In this document: positions 22,056 through 32,481 of the stretch, piece after piece | Position numbering within the stretch: position 1 is the stretch's first letter | How the letters are laid out: every line of letters begins with the position of its first letter | Origin: an uncultured Methanoregulaceae archaeon | GTDB taxonomy: Archaea; Halobacteriota; Methanomicrobia; Methanomicrobiales; Methanospirillaceae | Length of the DNA: 64,000 nucleotides | Assembly: GCA_963841015.1 (NCBI GenBank) | Contig: CAWJAX010000003.1 | Coordinates: 640,001 to 704,000, forward strand | Direction: 5' to 3' | Made by a program: the position numbers and the translations under genes | Notes under the pieces: generated by a model | Databases searched by the model: none | What the model was told of the DNA's origin: nothing | What the model saw: the letters and a program-made list of their open reading frames with translations, nothing else

Positions 22056-23351
22056 ATGTATAAATTCATAAAGAATTTCCTGAAACCAAAAGAGCCGGAA
22101 AAATTATCCCTTGCGTTTGATGAGATCCCGGCATGGCTCGATGAACGTGAGAAGACCTCCCGGGTTCTGCTTGAAACTGAAACCAAGGTGCCGATACAGA
22201 ATATCAGGAATGCAACAGCGCAACTACAACATATTGTGAACAGCATTGCCGATGCTGAACATGACCCGGCCATCCACCCAAAACTCAAAAGTATTGCAAA
22301 AAATTCCCTTCCCTTGTTTGTGAAGGCCATGAATGCCTCACTATCCAAGGATCTTCCGGATGATATTGAAAGATTTTATTCTGGCGCGGTGGAATGCGTG
22401 AAAGGATGTCTCAACAGCACCCGTGGACAGGGCCGATACCTTCAGGTCGTATTCCCTGAAGAGATGAAAGCCGTCAAAACCGGGATAGATGCAATCGGGC
22501 GCGAGATGAACGCAATAACCACTTCGCTCACTACATACCGGAAACAGAAAGATTTGATAACCAAAATACGAACACTGCACGATGCCCTTCTCGATATCAG
22601 GATTGATACCGAAAAATCCATTGAAAAGGATAAAAGGATAACCACTCGTATTGCTGAAATTACGTATCGGCTTACGGGCATTGAAAAAGAGTTAAGGGAC
22701 CTGTCTTCTGATGCAGGCATGAAGGAAGTGGACGAAAAAAAATCCGCACTTGCTGAAATAGAAAAGAAGCGGGACGAGCAAATCCGCGCCTATACGGCTC
22801 TTTCAATGGCTGCTGCACACGTTTTCAGGAAAGCAGAAAAAATTGCCACAAAACAACGGCATGCAACAGACGTTTCGGCTCTCAGACATACCATTGATCT
22901 GCTTTCAGATCATACAGCTCCTGATTCAAAAGATCTGGCCTCTGCCCTTGCCACTGCTTGTCCTGTTGCACAAAGAATGATCGAAGCCGGGGAAATCATA
23001 CTTAAAAACAAGGAAGAACGTGCAATCTTTTCTGATACCGGAAGATTCAGTAATGAACTGTGTGCCATCTGCACGAATATCATAAACCACGAATTGGCAT
23101 GGAAAAGGGTTCAGGACTCGCTATCATCAGACCCTGTTCTTGTGAGGATGAATTCACTTGAACGGGAAAAAACCCAACGGGAATATATGCTGGGAAAGGA
23201 GCACCAGTTCAGAAAAGATCTGGCGGAATGGAGTGAAAAAACTCAAGGGAGGATTCCTTCCCTTATTGAAGAACTCCATAAAAAAATTGAAGAGATAGGT
23301 GGGGGAAGCGTGCAACTTCAGATAGACGGTCAATTCCCGGTAAGAGAGTAG
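22056..23351 (+). CDS. Hypothetical coiled-coil protein
   Basis: Long ORF rich in charged helical heptads; no recognised motif. Confidence 0.75.
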   Translation: MYKFIKNFLKPKEPEKLSLAFDEIPAWLDEREKTSRVLLETETKVPIQNIRNATAQLQHIVNSIADAEHDPAIHPKLKSIAKNSLPLFVKAMNASLSKDLPDDIERFYSGAVECVKGCLNSTRGQGRYLQVVFPEEMKAVKTGIDAIGREMNAITTSLTTYRKQKDLITKIRTLHDALLDIRIDTEKSIEKDKRITTRIAEITYRLTGIEKELRDLSSDAGMKEVDEKKSALAEIEKKRDEQIRAYTALSMAAAHVFRKAEKIATKQRHATDVSALRHTIDLLSDHTAPDSKDLASALATACPVAQRMIEAGEIILKNKEERAIFSDTGRFSNELCAICTNIINHELAWKRVQDSLSSDPVLVRMNSLEREKTQREYMLGKEHQFRKDLAEWSEKTQGRIPSLIEELHKKIEEIGGGSVQLQIDGQFPVRE

Positions 23352-23372
23352 ATTACCGGGATACAAGTGAGG

Positions 23373-23483
23373 TCAATACATATTCTCTTCATCTTCTTCA
23401 ATATCCAAGAACAACTCATCGATATTTTCGATAACCCACTGAATTTTTTCCTGATTGAGATCCTCGCTAAACATCCTGTTCAT
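23373..23483 (-). CDS. Putative 36-aa acidic microprotein (MNRMFSEDLNQEKIQWVIENIDELFLDIEEDEENMY)
   Basis: Read manually, below the ORF-track cutoff. GGTG purine motif upstream; starts 28 bp downstream of the co-oriented RHH gene. Confidence 0.45.
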   Translation of the reverse strand: MNRMFSEDLNQEKIQWVIENIDELFLDIEEDEENMY

Positions 23484-23511
23484 TGGTTCCAACACCGTCT
23501 TTTGTACAATG

Positions 23512-23706
23512 TTATCTGATGTTTATCTCCACAAAATCACTCAGATCGCTCTGGCTTGCAGAAAACTCGTCTGACCATCCATAGCAGTCACGGAGCATCT
23601 GGGCGATCACATCTGAAAAGGTCATATTCCCACGTTTCAATATGAGAAGCGCCTCATACACCTCGGGATCTATTCGAATTGAACGCCCCTCGCCTGCACG
23701 AGGCAT
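23512..23706 (-). CDS. Small ribbon-helix-helix / VapB-like (DUF217-type) DNA-binding protein
   Basis: RSIRIDPEVYEALLILKRGNMTFSDVIAQML matches the archaeal TIxIxxxVYxxLxxxK...SFSDVI pattern; TTTATATA box about 25 bp upstream. Confidence 0.7.
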   Translation of the reverse strand: MPRAGEGRSIRIDPEVYEALLILKRGNMTFSDVIAQMLRDCYGWSDEFSASQSDLSDFVEINIR

Positions 23707-24026
23707 ATTTACCACTTCGTGGTTACACTATATAAACTTATCTCAAAAACGATGTCTGACTTTATATGTAGTGCAAAAAATAGTCACGAATTGACGAGAT
23801 CTAAATCGATTATATCGGTAATTATTCATCGTAAACAGGAAGCAAGTGTATAAAACCACTGCACCGGGGTTAGTTCACCTACCGGGGAAATTAGTTGTAT
23901 GTTCTAATTTTTCAGTCATTAAAAAAATCAGTTCCTTTTTTTCATAACTTGCCGGTAAAATCCCAACCCGAATCCGGATAATTTGCTCATTTCGTAGCTA
24001 AAAACCTCAACAGAGGAGACTATATT

Positions 24027-24788
24027 TTAATCCCGGGAGTTGATGCGGATGAAAGAAAAGGTAGTAAAATCCGTGAATGCAAACTCGGGTTCATCCCCAT
24101 GACAACCACCAACACGCAGCAGAGTCGGGATGTCAAGGGGGATCCTGGCCACCTCAATATGGTACTCGTCATCCTCTTTTTTTACAGATAACGGTTCTAA
24201 TTCAATCGGTTTCTCGACAATGCCGTCCGGTGTTTTCCGGCAGCAGATGTTCTGGTGCTGGTGCCCGCAGCACATATGCGTGAGTCCCCGTACCGAGAGT
24301 GCTTCAAACGCCATTGGTGCAGTATAATGGAACCCGGCAAAGGAATCCCCGGATTCATGAGAAAGTCTCTGCCAGCACTTGAGCCGGAGTGTCTGCTTTC
24401 CAAGATCAAGAGGTCCACCATGGACAAACAGCATTCCGCGATCCGACCATTCCATGGGCATGGTATCAAAGAGGGAAAGAAGGGGGGAGCCCCGCATCTG
24501 CTCATGACGGTAAGTACTTGCCGGATCACTTCCGCTTACCAACAGCCTGTTGAGAAAAGCATGATCGTGGTTGCCGAGTACAGAAACAAGCCGGTATTCT
24601 CTCGAGAGAGTATGGATCATCTCAAGAGTTTCCTGAGGACGGTCTCCCCGATGAACAAGATCCCCGAGATTTATTAAAATATCTACCTTCCCGAATGCCT
24701 GTCGGAACAAAGGAGTCTGTATACATGACGCAAGGGCACGGATAGCCACCGAATCTGCATGAACATCAGAAAAGATTACGGCACCCAT
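24027..24788 (-). CDS. Calcineurin-like metallophosphoesterase
   Basis: SDVH, LGDLV, GNHD, VHGG, GHQH motifs. Confidence 0.9.
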   Translation of the reverse strand: MGAVIFSDVHADSVAIRALASCIQTPLFRQAFGKVDILINLGDLVHRGDRPQETLEMIHTLSREYRLVSVLGNHDHAFLNRLLVSGSDPASTYRHEQMRGSPLLSLFDTMPMEWSDRGMLFVHGGPLDLGKQTLRLKCWQRLSHESGDSFAGFHYTAPMAFEALSVRGLTHMCCGHQHQNICCRKTPDGIVEKPIELEPLSVKKEDDEYHIEVARIPLDIPTLLRVGGCHGDEPEFAFTDFTTFSFIRINSRD

Positions 24789-25021
24789 AATGGTGGCAGA
24801 GTATTAGTGTTCCTTTCTCATAAAAACCGATGATACCACGGGTTATACCAATGACTCCTGGGAATTAAGCTAGGTTCATGTCCAGGAAATTCCAAAATAC
24901 CTCCGGAATAACTGATGGACAAGCATCGAAAAGGGGATCCATGGTATGACTTTCATATCGTTTTTTTAGGTTCTATCTCCATTAATTTGATTCATCAGAA
25001 AAACAAATTGGATATGACACC

Positions 25022-25495
25022 ATGGAACGATTTCTTACTGAGTATATCAATCGTCTGAGACCCCACTTCACGGGGTTACCGGTTGCAACCGCGCATGAGA
25101 TTGCATCGGCATTCCTTGCGTTCAAGTTCGGCCTTTTTCGCAATGCAGTACATGAATGCACACAGGCCATCTCTCTTATTCCGGATAACGGAGCCAATGT
25201 CGCATTAAAAAAAGCGCTCTCAATAGTCCGGGCAAATGCACAGAACCTCGAAAATGCACAATTTACCTCAGATTTATCGGTATTTTTCTCAGAAAATGAA
25301 CGCCATTACGTGCCTATCATGCTTCCCCCCGATCAAATCGAAGATCCTGGCAGTCTCGAGCTCGACAACGCACTCATCCTGATTTATAGTGTAGCAGTTA
25401 TTACCTCCCCCGAGGATGAAGAAGCCATGACGGAGCACCGCAAGTTCATTGTCAGATTGCTGAGCGGGTACAAAAAGGCACTGGGAATCAGTTGA
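25022..25495 (+). CDS. Hypothetical helical protein
   Basis: Clean 157-aa ORF with plausible composition; no recognised motif. Confidence 0.7.
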   Translation: MERFLTEYINRLRPHFTGLPVATAHEIASAFLAFKFGLFRNAVHECTQAISLIPDNGANVALKKALSIVRANAQNLENAQFTSDLSVFFSENERHYVPIMLPPDQIEDPGSLELDNALILIYSVAVITSPEDEEAMTEHRKFIVRLLSGYKKALGIS

Positions 25496-25597
25496 TTTCA
25501 TCTTTAAATAAATCCTTAAAAACTGGTCAGGATCTCAAACTTTTTAGACCTGCCTCACCTTGAAACAATACTCCTGAAATAAAAACGAAGATCCAAC

Positions 25598-26956
25598 GTG
25601 AATTCAACAAATTATCTGACTAAAGGACCTCTTTTCCGAGGGCTTATATCCATATCCTTACCCATTATTGCAAGTAACCTCCTCCAGAGCGTTCTGGAGG
25701 TGGTCGATCTCTACTTTGTTGGCAGACTGGGTGCGGACGCGATTGCCGGCGTAGCCATGAGTACTACGATCATCTTTGTCCTTGCAACATTCGTAGTCGG
25801 TCTTGTCACGGCTACCACCGCATTTATTTCGCGTCACTATGGTGCAGAGGAACACGATGCAGTGGGATTGATTGTCCAGCATTCCCTCTATATCGGTCTT
25901 ACTTTTTCACTTGTAATTTCTGTATTCGGCCTATTCTTCTCAAAAGATCTTCTTATGCTACTCGGAGCAGACGAAACCGTTGCCACACTCGGTTCTTCTT
26001 ATCTTTCTGTACTTTTTTTAGGGATTTTCACGATGATCGAGCTTTGGGTCGTAATAAGCTCTTTCCAGGCTTGTGGGAACTCACTGACTCCCATGATCCT
26101 GATGGTTGGTGTAAATATCGTCAACATCATCCTGAACCCGATATTAATCTTCGGTTTCGCCGGGATCCCGGCTTTTGGTGTTGCAGGATCTGCGCTTGCA
26201 ACTATCCTCTCACGAGGAGCAGGATTGGTGATTGGTTTGCTCCTTCTTGTGCGTTACTCCAACCACATCACATTCCCGAAAACATGGAGCCTTGATCTCC
26301 AGCTGATCTGGCGGATACTCACTGTCGCTATCCCGAACTCTATTCAATCCGGGCTCCGCAGCGGCACTTTCCTGGTGATGATGGCTTTTGTTGCAGTGTA
26401 TGGAACTGCAGCGATTTCCGGCTATGGTATTGCCGAACGTCTTGAACTCATCGCTCTTATGCCTGGTTTTGCCATCGCTACGGCAACCGCAGTGATTGTT
26501 GGACAGAACCTCGGTGCAAAAAAGCCTGATCGCGCAGAGGAGGGTGTGAAACTCGGGCTCGTGCTCTATGGTACTATTATGTTCGCAGTTTCAATCTGTT
26601 ATTACGCATTTGCCGGTAACCTGATCTGGTTCTTCGATCCGAGCGGCGCCAGCGTGTTGACCGGGGTATCCTACTTCCGGGCGGTAACGCCATTCTACCT
26701 CATTATGGCGGTGAGTATCATTCTTTCCTTTGCGCTGAACGGTGCCGGGGACACGAAAAAACCGATGTACGCCACGCTGGTATCCATGGTGATGATCCAG
26801 ATCCCCTTGGGTTACTTCCTGCCACAACATTTTGGACTTGGTATTACCGGTGTCTGGATCGCGGTAATCGTGGGTATTATAATTCAGGCTGCCCTGCTTG
26901 GAATGATGTACAGGAGCGGCAGCTGGAAGCGTGTCGCATTAGAAATAAAATCGTAA
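25598..26956 (+). CDS. MATE family efflux transporter
   Basis: About 12 TM helices; VDLYFVGRLG, NIILNPILIFG...FGVAGSALAT, VGQNLGA, GAGDTKKPM. Confidence 0.95.
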   Translation: MNSTNYLTKGPLFRGLISISLPIIASNLLQSVLEVVDLYFVGRLGADAIAGVAMSTTIIFVLATFVVGLVTATTAFISRHYGAEEHDAVGLIVQHSLYIGLTFSLVISVFGLFFSKDLLMLLGADETVATLGSSYLSVLFLGIFTMIELWVVISSFQACGNSLTPMILMVGVNIVNIILNPILIFGFAGIPAFGVAGSALATILSRGAGLVIGLLLLVRYSNHITFPKTWSLDLQLIWRILTVAIPNSIQSGLRSGTFLVMMAFVAVYGTAAISGYGIAERLELIALMPGFAIATATAVIVGQNLGAKKPDRAEEGVKLGLVLYGTIMFAVSICYYAFAGNLIWFFDPSGASVLTGVSYFRAVTPFYLIMAVSIILSFALNGAGDTKKPMYATLVSMVMIQIPLGYFLPQHFGLGITGVWIAVIVGIIIQAALLGMMYRSGSWKRVALEIKS

Positions 26957-26993
26957 TAAAAATCAACCCGTAATCAGATCTTCAAGGAAAAAA

Positions 26994-27314
26994 TCAGAGG
27001 CTGTCAAGACTGATACCGCTGAAGTCCTGGGCAACCTGTTGTATATCCCTGACACCGAATGCAGTCTGAACCATATTCAGATCGAGGGTATTTGCTGCAT
27101 CGCACATATAGTCGAGGATGTCAACAGAGAGTTCCTTTTGGATCTTGCTTTTACGCAACTGTTCAACAAGTGCAGCCATCTTTTCCGGAGGTTCCATGCG
27201 GAGTTTTGCAAGGCTCATTACACACATGTAAATCCGGGTCAAATTCCGGTCTGTACCGGTTATCGTGTCGAAGAAATTCCTGATTACCTGTGCCTGATAG
27301 ATATCTCCACCCAT
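26994..27314 (-). CDS. Conserved hypothetical protein
   Basis: 106-aa ORF with a strong GGAGGTGG RBS upstream. Confidence 0.75.
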   Translation of the reverse strand: MGGDIYQAQVIRNFFDTITGTDRNLTRIYMCVMSLAKLRMEPPEKMAALVEQLRKSKIQKELSVDILDYMCDAANTLDLNMVQTAFGVRDIQQVAQDFSGISLDSL

Positions 27315-27586
27315 GAATCCACCTCCTTCCCACTCTGTAGGTAATTTCTCTGTTCGAATTATCCTTATAAAAAGTTTGTGGCAAAAATATCATTTTGGCG
27401 CGAAAAATATGTGATTTAAATCATTATTTTCCCCTGGAGCGGCGGATTTGTCTGACAACAAGACGCCGGGTGTCTTACTTCGAGGTGTTGCCCGCGCCTC
27501 ATGAAAAATTTGATAATGAATATTTATATAACCCGAAGGAAATCTCAAGACCGTTCAGTAGATTTAATATTTTTGATCTCATTGTT

Positions 27587-29290
27587 ATGACGGGGATAAT
27601 TATAAGGTTCCAATCATCGTTGATTTCTATTTGTGCTGTATTAGTGCTCATAATTATGCTATTGCCAGTGGTAAGTGCAGTTCAAGTTCGTGTGAATGCC
27701 AGTCATGATGCCAGATTACTAGCGATTACAGATAACCAAACCTGGCAAGAAAAAAGAAACACACCTGGTGAGATTATTGTTTTAGATGGAATTGACGCTC
27801 AAACCATCAACATTGGTGAAACAATGGCGATGAATAAAACATATTGGGACACTCAAGGTTGGGATGTTACTAACCTATATGACAGTCACTATCGGGCAAT
27901 TATAACGTGGAATACCTCTGACATCCCAAATGATGCAATAATCACAGATGCTACTGTTACCGTAATGGGTCATACTAAGGCTAATCTACTTGGCACCTAT
28001 GACTCTTGTATTGTTGATGCAAATCCATTCAATCCAATGGCGTTTGTTGGAGCGGACTATAGCAGAACCGAATTCACCCGCCTTGCTCCTGATGTAACGT
28101 ATTACAATTTTAAAGATAATGACTGGAATTCATTCACGCTAAATTCTTTAGGGATTGATCATATCAACAAAGCAGGTTATACGTCGTTCATGTTTGCCCA
28201 TAGCGCCGACGTGGATAATGCTTCTGCTCTATCAACTTGGGAAAGTTATGTATCTTCAGGATATGAAATTCGGGGTATGAATTATCTTAACGGTACGTAT
28301 ACTCCATACATGACGATCAATTATGACCTCCCCGTACCAGCGCCGGTAGCTTCGTTTACGACCAACACCATATCCGGCACCGCCCCGCTTGCCGTGCAGT
28401 TCAACGATACATCAAGCAACTCCCCGACATCCTGGAACTGGTCTTTCGGAGACGGGATCTGGTCAAACACAACGGTGTCCGGAGCTCGGAACGTAACCCA
28501 TACCTATAACAATCCCGGTTCATGCATTGTCCAGCTGACTGTTGCCAATACAGGAGGTGCAAATACTACTTACCCGGGAACAACTATTACCGTCAATTCG
28601 CCAGTTGTCATCGGGAATGACACCATTGGTGTCTACCGAAATGGTAATTTCTTCCTCAAGAACAGTAACTCTGCCGGGAATGCTGACCTGGTATTTGGGT
28701 ATGGAATATCTACCGACACACCTTTGGTCGGTGACTGGAACGGGGATGGCACCGACACCGTTGGTATCTACCGAAATGGTAATTTCTTCCTCAAGAACAG
28801 TAACTCTGCCGGGAATGCTGACCTGGTATTTGGGTATGGAATATCTACTGACACACCTTTAGTCGGTGACTGGAACGGGGATGGCACCGACACCGTTGGT
28901 ATCTACCGAAATGGTAATTTCTTCCTCAAGAACAGTAACTCTGCCGGGAATGCTGACCTGGTATTTGGGTATGGAATATCTACTGACACACCTTTAGTCG
29001 GTGACTGGAACGGGGATGGCACCGACACCGTTGGTATCTACCGAAATGGTAATTTCTTCCTCAAGAACAGTAACTCTGCCGGGAATGCTGACCTGGTATT
29101 TGGGTATGGAATATCTACTGACACACCTTTAGTCGGTGACTGGAACGGGGATGGCACCGACACCGTTGGTATCTACCGAAATGGTAATTTCTTCCTCAAG
29201 AACAGTAACTCTGCCGGGAATGCTGACCTGGTATTTGGGTATGGAATATCTACTGACACACCTTTAGTCGGTGACTGGAACGGATTGTAA
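27587..29290 (+). CDS. Secreted protein: signal peptide, DNRLRE-like beta domain, PKD domain, five 45-aa VGDWNGDG repeats
   Basis: Hydrophobic signal ending PVVSA; YRAIITWNTSDIPNDAIITDAT; PKD motif APVASF...WNWSFGDG...HTY; repeats listed separately. Confidence 0.85.
   Translation: MTGIIIRFQSSLISICAVLVLIIMLLPVVSAVQVRVNASHDARLLAITDNQTWQEKRNTPGEIIVLDGIDAQTINIGETMAMNKTYWDTQGWDVTNLYDSHYRAIITWNTSDIPNDAIITDATVTVMGHTKANLLGTYDSCIVDANPFNPMAFVGADYSRTEFTRLAPDVTYYNFKDNDWNSFTLNSLGIDHINKAGYTSFMFAHSADVDNASALSTWESYVSSGYEIRGMNYLNGTYTPYMTINYDLPVPAPVASFTTNTISGTAPLAVQFNDTSSNSPTSWNWSFGDGIWSNTTVSGARNVTHTYNNPGSCIVQLTVANTGGANTTYPGTTITVNSPVVIGNDTIGVYRNGNFFLKNSNSAGNADLVFGYGISTDTPLVGDWNGDGTDTVGIYRNGNFFLKNSNSAGNADLVFGYGISTDTPLVGDWNGDGTDTVGIYRNGNFFLKNSNSAGNADLVFGYGISTDTPLVGDWNGDGTDTVGIYRNGNFFLKNSNSAGNADLVFGYGISTDTPLVGDWNGDGTDTVGIYRNGNFFLKNSNSAGNADLVFGYGISTDTPLVGDWNGL
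28619..29284 (+). repeat. Intragenic tandem repeat, 135-bp unit, about 5 copies
   Basis: Units start at 28619, 28754, 28889, 29024 and 29159. Copies 2-5 look nucleotide-identical; copy 1 differs at a few sites. Confidence 0.97.
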
Positions 29291-29523
29291 CATAAAAGAG
29301 TTGGGAAAAATCCCTTAACTATTTCTTTCCGCTGTATTATCTGACATATGGCATAATCAATAAAAAGAAATAAAAAAAAGGTCACAATTCATATTCTCAT
29401 TCAGTTAACCGAATAACAGGTTGTGTAGGGTAAGTTATTTCCTAATCATCCTTTTTGAACTGGCAACAACATTGCTCCAGTCTTCTTTTACCTACTAAAT
29501 AAAAGAAATAATTATTTTTTACA

Positions 29524-30690
29524 CTAATGGACAGAAACAATTTTGATAATATCCCCATCCCTGAGAACGTGATTTTCCTTAATTCGCATCCTTGTCCGGG
29601 CATCAACTGCATAGAGAAATCCCTTGCCAATATCGGTGTGCACCTGAAACGCAACGTCATGAGGGGTTGATCCTTTCTTCATCAGGAATGCATCGGGGAG
29701 AACTTCACCTTTCTTATTGCAGTAATGGGTTTCATCCTCGACAGGGTAGATGACGATCATATCGAGCAGCTCAAATACCGCCCGGTTAATCGCCTGTTGT
29801 ACTCCTGTACCGTTGCACCGCTTCATCACTTCTGCAATTTTTGCCAGTCCTGCTTTCTGCGCTGGTGAGAGAGTCCCTTCATTGGCAATTCTGAATTGAA
29901 CATCCCCAGGGAGATACTGAATCAGCTGCGCCGCTGCTGCATTCCTGAGTGCAAGTTCTGATGCTGCACTCGCAAACGATACCTTCTGCTCTGCAAGTTT
30001 TAAGCGTAGAATTTCGGGGGCTTCATCAAACTTGTTCCCCACAACCAGCATTGGTTTTGATATCTTTACCATCTCCGCGCATAGTGGGATCAGATCCTCG
30101 ATAGTAGCATGGACAAGATCAATCTTGAGTTTCAGCTCAACATCTCGTATATCCTCCATGGTAATACCCAGACCGGTAAATATGTCTGCAATACCCTGCT
30201 GGATAGCAGTCCCTTTCCCCTGAGACATGCGGCTTATCCTTGTCCAGTGCTTTTCAAGGATTCCATGGACCCACATAGTCATTTCAAAAATCAGGAATTT
30301 GATGTCTTCTTCCGGGTCATGATTGCCTACCCCAACCGGGTTCCCCTCGCTGTCCGTGCCTCCGCTTGCATCGACAATATGGAGTATTGCATCTGCCTGC
30401 CGAAGGCTGTCAAGGAACTGATTGCCAAGTCCTTTACCCTTGTGGGCATCAGGTACAAGCCCGGCGACATCAATTAAATTGACCGCTACAAACCGGTTCC
30501 CATCAACACAGTGTCCACACGTGAGATGAAGATCATGACACGGACACTTCGTTCTCACATAGGCAACGCCAAAGTTCGGATTGATAGTCGTGAACGGATA
30601 GTTGGCGATTTCGACATTTGCCATGGTCGCAGCCTTGAAAAATGTCGACTTTCCGCAGTTGGGTTTACCCGCAAGGGCAAGAGTGATCAT
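29524..30690 (-). CDS. ychF: Obg-family YchF-type ATPase/GTPase (archaeal)
   Basis: GKPNCGKST, ANYPFTT, DVAGLV...GKGLGNQFL, NKFD, C-terminal TGS domain. Confidence 0.93.
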   Translation of the reverse strand: MITLALAGKPNCGKSTFFKAATMANVEIANYPFTTINPNFGVAYVRTKCPCHDLHLTCGHCVDGNRFVAVNLIDVAGLVPDAHKGKGLGNQFLDSLRQADAILHIVDASGGTDSEGNPVGVGNHDPEEDIKFLIFEMTMWVHGILEKHWTRISRMSQGKGTAIQQGIADIFTGLGITMEDIRDVELKLKIDLVHATIEDLIPLCAEMVKISKPMLVVGNKFDEAPEILRLKLAEQKVSFASAASELALRNAAAAQLIQYLPGDVQFRIANEGTLSPAQKAGLAKIAEVMKRCNGTGVQQAINRAVFELLDMIVIYPVEDETHYCNKKGEVLPDAFLMKKGSTPHDVAFQVHTDIGKGFLYAVDARTRMRIKENHVLRDGDIIKIVSVH

Positions 30691-30910
30691 GTATAGTTCC
30701 TCATTTGACTATTCGGGATATTTCTGTTTTGCTGGTCTGATGAGAATCTGAAAATATTTTTTGTTTTGTTTTTAAAATGATCCGGATGGTTTTTGAAATT
30801 TTCATGGTGATCTTATACTCTTTTGCTGGCCTGCATGAAAAAAGCCGATCGTTTTCATGCTCCCCAGAATCCAACCAAAGTTTTTCATGCCTGCTTATTA
30901 AAAGGTACTT

Positions 30911-31501
30911 ATGACGTTTACCCAGAAAAAAATCTATTATTTTGAAAAACCGGGAGAAGGAAATACGCTGGATGCGGCGCGGTTTGCCATCGAACGTGCA
31001 AAGGAACTTAAAATCAAAACGATTGTAGTAGCAAGCACTTCGGGAAAAACCGCTCAGGTTTTTCTTGATACGATAGACAGATCAGGAATTGAACTTGTAG
31101 TGGTAACCCATGTTGTTGGATTTTCCAAACCAGGGGAATGGGAGTTTTCAGCAAAGATTGCAGATCAATTACAGAAAAAGGGCGTTCGTATCGTTACCGG
31201 TACTCATGCACTATCAGGACTCGAGCGGGCAATCTCGCGCTCACCGAAGGTTGGAGGGGGGTCGCGTACCGAAGCGATCGCAGAGGCACTTCGTCGCGTT
31301 GTGGCAGTCGGCCTCAAAGTTGCTGTTGAGTGCGTGCTGATGGCAGCGGACCAGGGAGCCATTGGTATAAATGAGGAAGTGATTGCAGTTGGCGGCACAT
31401 ACAGCGGTGCAGATACAGTCTGCGTGATCCGGCCGGCACATTCGGCCAGTTTCTTTGATCTCCAGGTTCGGGAGATTGTTGCTATGCCGAGGGACCGGTA
31501 A
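30911..31501 (+). CDS. Pyruvate-kinase C-terminal-like domain protein (DUF1867/MTH1675-type)
   Basis: YFEKPGEGNT, IVVASTSGKTA, THALSGLER, KVAVECVLMAADQG, GADT. Confidence 0.88.
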   Translation: MTFTQKKIYYFEKPGEGNTLDAARFAIERAKELKIKTIVVASTSGKTAQVFLDTIDRSGIELVVVTHVVGFSKPGEWEFSAKIADQLQKKGVRIVTGTHALSGLERAISRSPKVGGGSRTEAIAEALRRVVAVGLKVAVECVLMAADQGAIGINEEVIAVGGTYSGADTVCVIRPAHSASFFDLQVREIVAMPRDR

Positions 31502-31503
31502 CA

Positions 31504-32347
31504 ATGGCGATCACAGAACTCAAAGAGGCAATAAACCTTCTTGCACGATTACCATCACTCTGGATACCCGGTATTGTGGGGGGAATACTGACAGCTGCTC
31601 TCTGGTTAACCCTGAATCTCTCGGGAACCTTTTTTGCCCGGCAGGCTGCTGGTGATCTTCGGTTTAGTGCTGCTCCTTTTCACTACAGGACTTCTGGTGA
31701 TCATCAGGAACAATGAAGGGGACCTCAGAACAATGATTTCCGGGGGGATCAGTTATTACTTCCGGGTGCTCCTTCCCCAGATCATTATTATATTTGGCAT
31801 CTTGCTCATTGTTACTCTCGTCATGGTAACCTTCAGCCTCATCGGAGGACTCTCCGATATCAGTATGGTAACCGCCCTTGCAATCGGGTTCATGATCCCG
31901 ATAGTAATACTCACCTTTTTTTACGATACCGCCGCAGTTTTTGAAGAGAGAAAAGTGTTTGATTCTATCCGTCGCAGCATTCAGCTTGTCATGCTGCATA
32001 TCAATGAAGTAATAGTATTCCTGCTTATCTGCGCTGCAATAACTATCGGAGTAATTTTTATGCTGATGATCGTCTGGGAAGCATTCCTGTTTGACAAGCT
32101 TGAACCAATAACCCGCTACAACGAGACACAGCTCCAGACATTCACTCCTGAGCAACTCATAGCAATAATTGGCCCGGGCGGCATGTGGATCACCGCAGGC
32201 ATTCTCTTTATAGGGGTCGTTTTACTCCTCCCGCTTCTCTACAGCTATAAAGCATGTTTCTTCAGGAAACTTATTCGTGGGGCTCCTGTTGCTCACCAGC
32301 CGACAACCGGGGAATTTGACAGCAAAGGGCGCTGGTTCAAATATTAA
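31504..32347 (+). CDS. Multi-pass membrane protein, split by a one-base insertion near 31637
   Basis: ORFs 31504-31716 and 31634-32347 fuse if one C is removed from TTT GCC CGG CAG. Confidence 0.75.
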
Positions 32348-32481
32348 CAAACCAGATCACATTTTTTTATTCAGGAGGTTGTCTGATCCTCCATACCCGA
32401 AACATCCAGATCTTTCTTTTCAAGGAGAATCGATAATTGAATAACCCAAGTATAGGATCCAGGAAGAAGACGTAATGAATC

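Noticed and set aside
28619-29284. Regular repeat array considered as a CRISPR or a DGR template/variable pair
   Set aside because: Units are contiguous, in frame and lack spacers; there is no adenine-specific variation and no cas or reverse transcriptase gene in the window.
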